A DNA stretch of 64,000 bases. It comes from Octopus vulgaris. Taxonomy: Eukaryota. Below are positions 1-12,519 of this stretch, piece after piece (position 1 is the stretch's first letter; every line of letters starts with the position of its first letter). The DNA lies in contig OX597825.1 in the NCBI GenBank assembly GCA_951406725.2, forward strand, positions 49,042,001-49,106,000, in the 5' to 3' direction. Both the position numbers and the translations under genes were made by a program. Below the pieces are notes generated by a model that worked only from the letters and a program-made list of their open reading frames with translations, was not told the DNA's origin and searched no databases.

Positions 1-1478
1 CAACCTGAAGAACACAAAGTCTAAGCAACTTATTAGACATCATTCTGAACCTACCATGTAAAAAAGTGCCAAGCTACATCAGATATGATATGGATTCCTG
101 AACTATATCCCCTCATAAGTACACCAAAACACAATCTTAGTCAGCTTTGACGTAACAAGCTTATATACTAACATTCCACTCGACTTAGGAATTGAAGCTG
201 TTGAAGTCTGGATTACAGGATGCCCAGTTTCCATTTCAGAGAGATTTCCTAAAGAGTTTATTTTGGAAGCGCTCTAATTAATATTGGAGAAAAACCACAT
301 CTTCATTGACAACGAACTGTATTTACATTTAAAAGGAATGGCCATGGCCACGGAAGTAGCCCCAGCATATGCAGCACTTGTTATGGGTTACCTAGAGGCA
401 AAACTCTGTTACTAGCTGCAGGAAGCGTTCAGTCACGACTTCGCCGCCTACATTAATAACACTGGAAACGTTACCTAGACGATTACTTCATCTTGAAGAC
501 CAAGAAAACCTGCAAAGGTTTTACTCCATCATAAGCAGCAATACAATTTACACTGGATTATAGTAGTAAGGAACTACCTTTTCTGGATATCCTTATTTCT
601 AAAGGAGGGAAATTATCGAAACAGACTTATTTTACAAACCAACAGACACACACTAGTACTTAAATTTCCGATCTGCACTGCTCTCATCTACAAAAAGGAA
701 CATTCCCTTTATCATAAAAAGATACATCTGCACAATGGTATAAAAACACACTACAGGAAAAAGATAATATGAACTAAAATGGCTCCTTAAAAGACAAGAA
801 TATCCGGTGAACTTCATTAATACGGCCATCTCTAAGATCCAGAATATTCCAGTGCCAACACTGAGAAAAACAAACCAACAAAATAAAAAGGAAAAACAGT
901 CATTTCTTTTGTCGTCACTCACAACCCAAGTAACTGCAACTCTGTGAAATTGAAAGCCGCCATACAATATCTCCCAATTCTCCAACAACCCTCCAGAATG
1001 AATTCACTCATAAAAGACTCATAATTCACTCAATAATATATAGCAAGTACCAAGAACCCAACATAAAAAAACTGCTCACCAAGGTGAAATTTACCTCTAA
1101 CATTGAAACAATGCAAGTTAAGAAATCGAGGACTCTCGATGTAGAACTTGTGAATGCATTGAAGAGCGTAGACAAATTGTTAAAAATATTGTAATTTTCA
1201 AAGTTAAAGCAAACATTAATTGCAGAACAAAAAAAAAAAAATTACTGTGCAAATTGCCCACAATGTAAAGAATATTACATTGCTGAAACCGGAACGGCTC
1301 TATATGACAGATTTCGTGTACATAAACAACAAATTGGAGACATCCTTGCCTGTAACACGACTTGTGGTGAAAACTTTGCATCATTGCGGAAAGAGGAAAT
1401 TCACAATCTTCCCCTTCTTTAAGTTATGGTCGGACAAGGAACATTTCATTCATTAGAATGTGCAAGCCACAACTAAAT
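1..1478 (+). mobile_element. Penelope-like retroelement, decayed RT + GIY-YIG endonuclease (5' part outside window)
   Basis: Manual translation across frameshifts: SFDVTSLYTNIP (143-178), KGMAMATEVAPAYAALVMGYL, WKRYLDDYFI (463-492), ELPFLDIL, TDLFYKPTDT, then CPQCKEYYIAET, RFRVHKQQI and terminal KPQLN. Confidence 0.9.
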
Positions 1479-1774
1479 ACACACACACACACACACAAAA
1501 ATAGTATCCCACCACCCAATAACGGGATTATCCCTTTGCTTTAATAAAAGATGCATATGTCGAAACAGAAGTGGATGATACACACACTTTCAATCTTTCG
1601 ATCGTTGAAGAGACGAACAACCGTCGGAGATACACTACTATTTCACTAATCACCTTCCTCCACAATGTATATGTGAACTTAAATAATTGAGTATTGTAGG
1701 TACGTATACATGTGTGTGTACGTATGCATGTGTATGTAGGTATATATAAATATACAGGTGTCAAAACACGGGCC

Positions 1775-2303
1775 CCGCTGTACCCTACCTAATCTCTCCT
1801 TCCACGTGACCGGTGTCCAGCCATCCATCTTTCTTTCTTGCCCTTACAGCCGATCTTCAACACCTCTTATGCCCATCTCCTATGTTACTGCCTTTAGGCT
1901 TTCCCTTCATACATGCCAGCTCAATTTGATTTCTTCTCGATCGAAACACGTCTGTGGTTATTTTCTTGTTTGTTTTCGTAATTGTGTACCATGTTCTCCA
2001 TGTCCTTTTGTGTACAAGGTTCTCCGCTTTTTGTCTTTGTTGCCGTACACATTCGCTAGCTTTCTTTCAAAGGAGTCTAATGCTCTTAGGTTAGACCTTT
2101 TGGGGGCAACCAGATCAAACCGTCTGAAGTGAAACACCCCGAAACGGTTGTTACTTCTGGGACTCTGGAACTTGACTGAGGATGGAAGGCCATGAATGAC
2201 CCGTCTTTTTTTCTTGTCCTTCTAATCGTTGTTTCTCTTGTCTGCCTTTGTATCGTCTATCTGTCGGAATGTTTTATTGTACTCTATTGCATTTTTGTTC
2301 CAT

Positions 2304-2305
<2 letters not shown>
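1775..2305 (+). repeat. Dispersed non-coding repeat family A (probably PLE pseudo-LTR derived)
   Basis: Shares blocks (cacgtgaccggtgt, tctaatgctcttag, gactgagga..gaaggcc) with 29025-30030, 59320-59640 and reverse copies at 2385-2690 and 30900-31440. Confidence 0.75.
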
Positions 2306-2381
<76 letters not shown>

Positions 2382-2384
2382 ATA

Positions 2385-2690
2385 AATTCAAAATGGGACA
2401 AAAAGGCAAAACATCCGGACAGTTGGGTGATACAAAAATGAGACGACAAAACATCGATATAGACGATACAAAGAAACCAAAGACGGGTCATTCGAAATTT
2501 TCTTTCGTCAGTCGAGTACCATATTATCTTCGCAATTTCACAAGATTGCTCTAATCTGGCCAGCTCCAATGAAAGACTAAGCTAAGAGCATTAGATTCCT
2601 TGGAAGAAAGCAGCGAATGTATACAAAAGGATGCCGGAAAAAAACGGATAGTATGATACAAATACAATAAAATAATAACAGAACATAACA
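2385..2690 (-). repeat. Repeat family A, inverted copy
   Basis: Reverse complement reads cattcgctgctttcttccaaggaatctaatgctcttagcttag..gactgacgaaag..gaatgacccgtc, matching about 2050-2205; tail-to-tail around the (TA)n(TG)n tract. Confidence 0.75.
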
Positions 2691-2799
2691 ATAGGTTGTG
2701 TTGTGTCTGGGGAGAGCCATTTTCTTTTTGTGCCTTATAATTTAACCCAATCATCGTCAAAATTTCCACTTATTTTTATTTTCCTCAAATTTTTGTTGC

Positions 2800-4150
2800 G
2801 TCTTGTTCCGAAATTTAGATCTTAATGTTTTTTAAAATCTAATAAGGAAATAATATAACCTACTATTTTTATTTAATCAACAATAGTTATTAAAAAATGT
2901 TTTAACATAAACAAATTGAATAAAGTTGAATAAAATTGTTTTTAAATTTCTATAATTATTACATAAATTCTATATATCTAATAAAATTATTAAGTTGTAT
3001 ACCTAATCCACAATAAGTCTTAAAGGATTGGTAATTTCCATATCTATTTCTGCAGGAATTCTACTCCACCTAATTCTTTTTTTTCAATATTATGAATATT
3101 ACCTTTAAGTGGCCTAAATTATTATACTCCATAAAACTACACTTCATTCTTAATACTAAATTTAAATGTTTCTAATTTTAGAAACTTACATCTTGGTTGC
3201 CTCCCTTCCATTATATTTTTAAGATTTTGATATGTGTGCCAATTAATACCTTATTTACTAGGAATATTATCATAAAGCTTCTTCTAATTCTCCTTAATGA
3301 ATATTCAAAACCTGATAAAGAATAGATAATAATATCTAGGTTATTTGGTTTCTATCTCTCTAAAACAACCCCACCCTCATGATCTTTGTATGTATTAGAA
3401 AGCTTTATAAATAAATTATAAATAAAGAAGAAGATAATATTTTCTAAGTTCCAATTAATAAATATAAATTATCATATATGGAATAATAATAACTTTTTCT
3501 TAAATCTATAATAGAACCCAAAATTTTATATAAGTCTTATTAATAATATAACTTTTATGCAATAGATTGACCATTTCTTTACCCGATATTAGACACTAGT
3601 CATTTATGACAAATCCCATGATAAGTAAATATTAATTATAATCTAGAAATTATAAAATTATAAGAGATTTTCTTATAACAGCTTACCTCACTTATTAATA
3701 TAAATAAGCTAGGTATATTCTATAATAAGTTGTTAGAACACACATCTATTCTACCCTTTATCTATAATATTCTACAATAATTCATATTTATTTTTCAATA
3801 TACTCATTTAAATTCCCTTACTTTTATTTTACAACATTTTACCTTATTTATTTGCTCACTGTATCCTTTTATTGATAATACATTTCTATTGGGTTCACAC
3901 TCAACCTATACAGAACCATACTGATATATTTCACTATCTATTTTATAATACAAGAGATATATTCTAAGATTATTAGCATATAGAAAATATATGAAATTTT
4001 TAGCACATTCCTTTAATTTAACTCATTAATACCAACAAATTACTATTCATCAATTAAATATAAATATATATAAAATTAGTATAGAAACTTATATAAATAT
4101 GAAATTATTTCTATATTCTCCATCCCTATATTTTGTAAAATACCGAAATT
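2800..4150 (-). pseudogene. Very AT-rich, heavily decayed Penelope-like ORF remnant (tentative)
   Basis: Minus-strand fragments resemble a PLE C-terminus (KGYSEQII; a GIY-YIG-like NIPSK..IG..TYQNLK near 3200-3270; LGHL); many stops. Confidence 0.35.
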
Positions 4151-4171
4151 TTTCTGATTCTTTGAAAAAGA

Positions 4172-4535
4172 ATATAGAGCCAAGGTGCAGATAGAAGGCT
4201 CACGCGAATATAAGACTTATACAGGGGCTTCTGAAAATTCTTTTAAAATTCGATTTTATTCGCATAAAAATTCCTTTAGATACCCCGAAAATAGGACGAA
4301 GACCAGTCTGGCCAAATATGTCTGGGAATTAAAAGAAAAAGAAGCCCGACCTTTCAACGTGTCATGGAGTATTTTTGAAAGAGCGGCATCATATAGGCAC
4401 GGTACGCATAAGAGAAATGTCTAGTGCGACTTATATCTGCAGGAAAAATATTTTATTTTATACCAAGACAATAATTCTTTAAATCAAAAAAGCGAAATCT
4501 TGAATGCATGCAGACATGCAGCTAAATTTGAAATG
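4172..4535 (+). mobile_element. Penelope-like GIY-YIG endonuclease C-terminal fragment
   Basis: ORF 4185-4424 YTGASENSFKIRFYSHKNSF..TSLAKYVWELKE..FNVSWSI, followed by CDL..L.EK and LNQKSEILNACRH, a typical PLE C-terminus. Confidence 0.85.
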
Positions 4536-5540
4536 TCGACTATCAATATCCCATATGGATAGCGTATATCTTTGATTCTTGGACAGTTTTTGGTCACACT
4601 GTTGGATTTGTTTCGTATTATGCATATTTTATTCCACATCGCAAAGTTTTTGCATATATTTCGATATATTTCTTAAGAAAAACCTTCGACTGTTATATTA
4701 TTTTCTTGTTTAGGATTCTGCTTTTATTGTATTTTATTCATTTTATTGTATTTCATAAACTCACTTTGCTCTTTTAATTTATATATAATTCGATATAGGG
4801 TGTTATATTTTTCATGTCTTTTATCTAAAAATTTTACTATTATGCACTCAGCAATTTTAAAAAAAATGTAAATTTATTTTGTGAACATTCGTTACGCATA
4901 TTAAGACTTCTTTCTTCCTTTCTTTCGTTATTTTTTCTCTCGTTACTTGTATAGAGTCCTGTGACTTTACACCCCTCTCCCCTTCCCTTACTCACGTCTT
5001 TAGTTATCTGTTGCTTATAAGATCGTTACCTTTTCTTTTCTTTCCCCTCTCTGCGTTTTACTTCTAGTCTATATGTATACACCAAGTGATATTTGCATGC
5101 GAGCAAGATTGCATATACATATGTATACGTGTATTTGTGTGTATATTTTCTTTTTTGCATTTATGTCTATATATCTATGTGGTCTGTGTACATCTATCTG
5201 TGTATTTTGTTGTATATATGCATATTGATGGTTTAGTATGACTATATAGTGTGGTGAAATATTTTAATATATTTTAATTTTAATTTTTCTGTATTAATTG
5301 TATCAATCGAATTATATTTTCTATATAATTAATGATAATATGTATTTTGAATCCGCCCTTCGATTTAAGGTTTTTTTCTACTTTTTTATAATTTATATTG
5401 ATTTCATTAATTTTGTTTATTTTGTTTATCGCTTATCTAAGACCGTTATTTGAAAGGACCAATGAAACAATTCCATTTTTAAAGGTGTATCCTTTAGCTA
5501 GTTTTGATCAAATTGTTATTTCGGTTCTATTTTAACAAAA

Positions 5541-5580
5541 CTGTCCGACGAACGGGAACGTGAAACTCCGAGCTTTTGTT
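5541..5580 (+). ncRNA. Decayed type I hammerhead ribozyme motif in PLE 3' region
   Basis: CCGACGA (one change from CUGANGA), stem II acg-ggaa-cgt, GAAA, short stem III ctc-c-gag; cleavage triplet and stem I damaged. Confidence 0.45.
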
Positions 5581-5674
5581 ATATTTCTGCTACTTTTAAA
5601 TAAAGCATATTACTCTACCTCTGGTATTTGAGTACTCTTCTTTCCACCTTGTTTCACCTTTATGTGCATACTCC

Positions 5675-5776
<102 letters not shown>

Positions 5777-8700
5777 TGCATATATATATGTATGTATGTA
5801 TATTTTTTGTATGATTATATGTTGGGAAGTAAGCTAGCATGATCTCTCCCAAGCCCCTCCCAAACCAATATAAAAAATACATTCCAAAAGTAATCTTATG
5901 TTTTCTCTCTGCTATCATCTCCTTTTTATCAAATGACATAATTCTTAAACCTCATTAACACCGCCCACACAAACAAAGGATTTGAAAAACATCTGACCAT
6001 TATATTTTTCACCAAAGGTCAACTATTCAAATGGAACCAACAGGAGTGCACTTTCACAAAGCCTTCATAGAACACTCCTTAACCACGCAATCACCTTCCA
6101 ACTCCACTCTCAATCAATTATCTTGCTTTTACCATTCACTATTTTCTTTCAGCTCTTGTTCATCAACACACTTTCACTCTCGCGCATATTAACGAAACTT
6201 AACCCCACCCTAGCATTCAAATCTTTTATATATAGAATCACGCAGCACAATACAACATGAGAACAGTTTAATAATCCCCACCGACGAATGCGAGAATGTT
6301 CTGCAGAAAGGTTAACAAGGTATCTTTAAAATACCTCTCCACCAAAGTTAACGAAGAACTTACTAGATGTACAAGCCAAACTGTAAAATTATATCATTAA
6401 AAAATTTAATTTATTAGATCTACCAGTGAAGTCATTCTTTTCTTTTCCAAATATATCTAGCTGTGCCAAGGATTTCGTACTTTTTCTAATACCCCCCCCC
6501 CCCACACACACACACAGAGGCATAGATGATATATGATATGTAATTTTTTTCTTTTCGGAGTATCGTCAACGACGACAATTGACTTTATGAATCAAATTTC
6601 TCCAGATATATCAATCCCTTGTGAGCTGGTACTATTTGTCATCGGGGAGGGATAGACCTCTTAGTTTGAGTGTACCAATTATTAGATAGCCACCTCCCAA
6701 CTGTGGGAACGGGACTTCATTTAAGATTCTGTCATCGCCTAGTATGTCAACGCGGCTTGTTTTACGGAGACCTGTCTGAGTTACTAGATGTCAATAGATG
6801 CTCTATGAAATAGACGCCAAATATTCATGATAGCTTTTAGATACCGCGTGACTAAGTTACTGAATCTTTTGACTTGTACATTGCCTATTGCCCATACTTC
6901 TGTGTCAAAGAGTAAAGTTTACATTTTACTTTCATTGAGATGTTACGGTTTTTCCATAGTGGCTCACATACATGCATATGTACATAAATACATACACACA
7001 TTCACATATGCTACATGTAAACATCAAATGTCGAATCTGTGAGTCTTTCCAGTTTTCATAGCTGCATCCATAACAAATACGAATGCAGAATATTTCCTTA
7101 AATACAATGATATTTTATTGTCTTGTTTATATTTTGCGGAGAATGACGTATATAATATTATACTCCTCTTGCATAAAATATGTCACACGAATGTTTTAGG
7201 TATCGATTTCCTTTGACGTTATATCTCTTGTTGACCATAGTGCTGGGATATCTAGCAGATAGTTTAGTACTAAAAAATATTTAAAAAAATGAAAATAAAA
7301 AACAACAACAAATGTTATTTATAGTGAATAATGTCCGTTTCCAAATAATGACGATTATGAGGCTTTCATATATATATTAGTGTGGAACGAAGCGGGATTT
7401 AAGCGATACATCACAGTAGCTTTGAAACAGAGAAATGTGTCATGCTGTTACACGTCTTAGGTGGTATGTGGTGAAATAGTTATTGCGCTGTTATGTTCTA
7501 TAAGGTGGGTATAGTGTTATCATGCGTAATACGTGAGTATCGTTGGGTGGTACATGCAAATATGGTGTTATGTGATATAAGTAGGTAGGTTGTTGATATC
7601 TTACCTACTTTACAGATTTTTTGTCAGCTAGAGAAGACCAATACACTGGACCAACTTTTCTTCATGCATGCTGAAACTGGAGAGAGGAAAGGATGAAAGT
7701 AGGATTAAAAAGGATAGCAAGTTTTAATAGTTGCACAGAACCCAACAAAAATACTTTAAAGTAAGTCGTTCGATACGCTTTGTGAATCTTTCTAGTTCAC
7801 CACCGTTGGTCAATTCTTATTTCCTCTAACCGTTAACATCATATTCGTCTGGGTTTTCCACTATATTAATCATTTCAGCCATTTTACCATTTACCCAATT
7901 TCCCCATTTTAAACTTGGATTCTTCAATTCAGATTTTTATTCATATTTCAAAAGAAATTCAAACTTTCCAGGGTTTGATATAAATTTTAAGACACCACAA
8001 ATTTAGCGATGCCTCTTTCAGGAACCTTGGGAAATTGGAAACGCTTAGCTTTATAAAGCAAAATCAATAAGTAGTATTTACTAATGTATACATGCGGGCT
8101 ACCAGCCCGGAACAGTTACGTAAGTTGCTTTGCAAAACAGTGATGGAAAGTAACCAACCTTTAGTTCAAAGCTTTCAGGTCTGAAGTCCTGCGTGCAAAA
8201 CTTTTTATCAAATATTAAGCGATTTTTAAAAAAATTCTAAGCTTTCTAATCTTTGTAAGTGACACTGAAGACGACGAAGAAGGTGAAAGTACATTTAGCA
8301 TACCATAGAGGTTACTGTGCCTTTGACTACGAAGTTCGTACCACTTTTTTTTTTCCTAAAGTGAGAATTTTTCTCAAAGGCCAACTGGAGTAAAAACGCC
8401 TTTACATGTTCAAATATGGCCCAAACATATTTGAACGTATCTAAAGGTTATATAGTATATCATGTATGTAGAATCCGATTTGCTATTGTTGAGTTTAGAG
8501 CTTGACCTAGATTATCATCATCCAGTCTGGTTTCAGTACAGCGGTTTGTTTACTACTTTGCAATCGTATAATTACTGCTTACAATACACTGAGTAAAATA
8601 TAGAAGAAATTATCATAAGTTCAAGTTTATAGTATTTCTTTCCTCCGTGCGTTATCGCTGTTGTTTTCTGGAAGCCCAACATTTAATGTTTTCCAAGTGA

Positions 8701-8809
8701 AGTTGGCTGCTTAACCACAACGGATATTTCCACTGAAACATGTAAATTGACTAATTAGTAACTATGCCATCTTTGTGTCGAGTGGTATGAGTGAAACTTG
8801 ATCTAACGC

Positions 8810-8880
8810 TTGGTGGTGTACGGCGGTGCTCCAGCATGGCCGCAGTCAGATGACTGAAAGAAATATAAGAATAAAAGAAT
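8810..8880 (+). mobile_element. SINE family C, 3' tail fragment
   Basis: ggcggtgctccagcatggccgcagtcagatgactgaaa; reverse complement found near 24560, 29275 and 59050. Confidence 0.6.
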
Positions 8881-8892
8881 ATATATAAATTA

Positions 8893-8933
<41 letters not shown>

Positions 8934-9025
8934 CACACACACGCATACATGCGTGCATACATAAATACATACATGCATATATACATACATACAAATATTT
9001 ACATATAAGTATAAATATGCATAGT

Positions 9026-9345
9026 GAGGGCGCGTGGCTTAGTGGTTAGGGCATTCGGCTCATGATCGTAAGGTTGTGAGTTCGATTCCCGGCGACGCGT
9101 TGTGTCCTTGAGCAAGACACTTTATTTCACGTTGCTCCAGTCCACTCAGCTGGCAAAAATGAGTTGTACTTGTATTTCGAAGGGTCAGCCTTGTCACTCT
9201 CTGTGTCACGCTGATTATCCCCGAGAACTACGTTAAGGGTACACGTGTCTGTGGAATGCTCAGCCATTTGCACGTTAATTTCACGAGCAAGCTGTTCCGT
9301 TGATCGTATCAGCTGGGACCCTCGTCGTCGTAACCGGCGGAGTCT
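9026..9345 (+). mobile_element. tRNA-derived SINE, apparently full length
   Basis: Pol III A box tggcttagtgg and B box gttcgattcc, then central domain tgtgtccttgagcaagacacttta; a decayed relative lies near 43300-43410. Confidence 0.85.
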
Positions 9346-10139
9346 TAAGAGATAAATATGCATATATATATAAATGCATGCATGAATACAATTAAAGGAG
9401 TTTGACTTAGCTTCAAATCGTGTCATGTTACAGCGTGTTTTCAATAAATAAGAGTCATCTGATAAAATCGAAACCAGAACTGGTACATTTAAATTGACGT
9501 AGGTGGAATTTGAACTTGGACAGTTAATATCTATAGTATATCAGTTGCACATCTGCCAGTTATAGCCTTTCTATGGAAAGTTCGTCATTATTTAGCAAAA
9601 TGCTTCAACTACGTAAATGTTTTGCAGTGACGTCAATTGGAATTGAAAACCTATCAGACTTGATTGTCTAGTAGCTGGCCTGAATCTTTATTGAGTCAAT
9701 CATGATGGTTAATGAGAATCACATTTCAGAAAAGAGGAAACTATGTGGAGAGGATAGGGCATACAAAAAGTATCATATTTTCATATTTATTGTCAGAATT
9801 TTAGCATGTTTTTGAAGTAAATTCAATATTCCCATTCACATATCTATCTTCTACAAATACGCCTTTTATTATATATGTAGTATTATTATATATGACCGAA
9901 TGCCAAATGACAGTTAATTCATTCAGCTTTTGTCAACTGATTTATGTCAGATAAAGTCAGAAATATTAACAGACTAATCCTCTTCCTACCTATTGAGATA
10001 TAATTCCATTAACCATAGAATTAGTTTCAGGTCGTAATACATAGTTAAATTTAACTCTAATATCTTCAATACCAACAGGAGGTAAACGTTTATTTCACGA
10101 TGTACAATTTTCATGACCATAGAATTACCAAAACGACTG

Positions 10140-10349
10140 ATACCGATTTCAAACTTTGGCCTAAGGCCAGCAATATCGGGAGTGGGATTGAGTGAGTTAC
10201 ATCGACCCCAGTCCTCAATTGGTACTTATTTTAACGACCCTGAAAGGAGGAAGGGCAAACATAATTTTGACGACATTTGAATCCATAACGTGAAAACTGA
10301 TTAAACATTCTGCCCAGCGTGCTAACTATTCTGCTAGCTCACCGCCTTG
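10140..10349 (-). mobile_element. tRNA-derived SINE family B
   Basis: tcgaccccagt..tggtacttatttt..gaccctgaaagga block shared with at least 6 other copies in the window. Confidence 0.75.
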
Positions 10350-11523
10350 CTTCCTAGTAGAGTATTAACCAGTAATATGCATTGTCCATCCACACATTAT
10401 ATTCACTTTTCTTAATATAATGACCATCAATGTACTCTCATGAGTACTAAATAGCCCACCGAAAACCGGAATTAGCTGACTGCCAGGAAAACTTCTTAAT
10501 TACAAGTCATACCCAATACACACGCATTATGTATGTGTATGTATGTATGTATACATAAACACACATATCTGTATCATAAGATTATAGGTGCATACAATTC
10601 GTACTCAGGTCGAATTCGTGCTTAATCACGAATGCATGCAGGAATTTAGTAGCTGCCTAAATGAGGGTTGGATATAGACAATGTATCGATCAATCAAGCT
10701 GATACCTATAGGATAAAATGATAGAGAGGCAACAAAATATATCGGGTCATATCATAAGATATATTTGTTGAGTATATATAGAGAAAGAAATGCTTAAGGA
10801 AGTATAAATCACAGGAGATCAGTGACAGTTGCACGAAGGGGTGTTCATAATAGTTGCGATGTACACTTATAGACACCCGGATGAAGCTGAAAATAAGTCC
10901 GTAGCACTGATGTATCATAGTTTTATAGGTAGAAGCGAGTCATCACATGGAAAATATTTAAACTAAAAAAGCGTTGTGCATATTATCCTAACAGCTGTTT
11001 CAAGAATATTTTCGTAATAGATACAATTCTCGTCAAGCTGTCTGCAACCAATATTTTAGTGGCAGTCTGTTCTATCTGCGGGAGAGTGCAGTGAAACTTT
11101 ATGTGAAATAAATATATATGAGAAGTGAATATAGATGTGATGCAGGAAAATTAAATCAAAGATTATAGAAAGGTATAAACAAATAAACAAAGATGAAGAG
11201 AGGTAGATTAATTTAAGTCTGCAACTAAATGGAATATGTAGAAAGAAATGCCCTGTGCTTACACAGGTAGGAAAAGTATAACTGGGAAGTGGTGAAGTGG
11301 TGAAGAGGTGACGTGGGCTATTATTGGTTTGACCAAAGTATCAGGAGTTGGTAACATGTGATCAAGAGCCTAATGTTAAAAGTAGTGATGGTGGTGGTTG
11401 TGGTAGTATGGGAATAGGCTATTAAAATATAATACACATATTCACAATAGTTCTGTGTGTGGTAGATTTAGACAAATGCATACACGCACATATATATATG
11501 AACTCATGTACATATGTATATAT

Positions 11524-11556
<33 letters not shown>

Positions 11557-11559
<3 letters not shown>

Positions 11560-12430
11560 TCATCATCATCATCATCCAAGTCAGGTATCGAACTATGTGA
11601 TGCTTCGGTCATCACGATGTCTTGCCACCTTCCCCTGTCATCTACCCCATTGACAGCTGAGAATAAAGACAATCCTGTGGCTGTGATGCCTTTCAGCAAA
11701 GAAGTGGGTGGTCTGCTTCTTTTACGTCTGCCGTTCACCTTGCCAGTTATGATCGTTCGCTCCCGGCGCATGACGTGGACAAAGAACCGTAGCTTCCGCT
11801 TCATGATGTTTCACCGAAGCATCATCTCGCAACAGAGCTTTTCTAGTACCCAGTTATTCGTCCTTCTCTCCGTCCACGACACTCTAATGAGTCTGCGGTA
11901 ACACCACATTTCAAAAGCGCTCACTCTTTTCTCATCTGCCTTTAACATTGTCCATGACTCACAGCCGTACATCGCAATAGAGAAAGCGTTAACCCGAAGT
12001 AGCCTTATTTTCGGCAGCATTGACACGCCACGACTCTTCCAGATGATCTCCATATCTTGTACCGCTTGCCTCGCTATCGCGAGCCTTCTCCGTATTTCTG
12101 GTGTACTTGATCCACTGGTGCTGATTGTGGATCCTAAGTAAACAAAATCATCCACTTCCTGAATCATCTCTTCGTCTAAGGTGAAGTGACCTTGGTCTGT
12201 CCTGTACTTATCCACCACCAAGATTCTTGTCTTCTTTACATTCAGGAATAGGTCACTTTGTGCCCTCATGTCTTTCACTTTGCGTATCATGGGCAGCAAT
12301 TCCTCGTTGCTGTTACTTATGAGGGTTGTGTCATCGGCCCATCTCAGATTGCACAGCCTTTCTCCGCCAATCTGCACACCACCGTCGTAGTTCTACTTCA
12401 CAGCTCTTATGATGTTTTCTGCATAGATGT
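11557..12430 (-). mobile_element. 5'-truncated RTE-clade LINE (RT C-terminus and (GAT)n tail)
   Basis: ORF 11811-12377 CNLRWADDTTL..LNVKKT..FVYLGSTI..EIRRRLAIAR..YGCESWT..AFEMWCYRR; continues KRKLRFFVHVMRR..GKVNGRRKRSRP; ends in a (gat)n microsatellite. Confidence 0.92.
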
Positions 12431-12431
12431 T

Positions 12432-12517
<86 letters not shown>

Positions 12518-12519
12518 AA

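Noticed and set aside
9026-9100. tRNA-like sequence (also 60755-60831)
   Set aside because: A and B boxes are present but there is no proper acceptor stem and the sequence runs into a SINE body; these are SINE heads.
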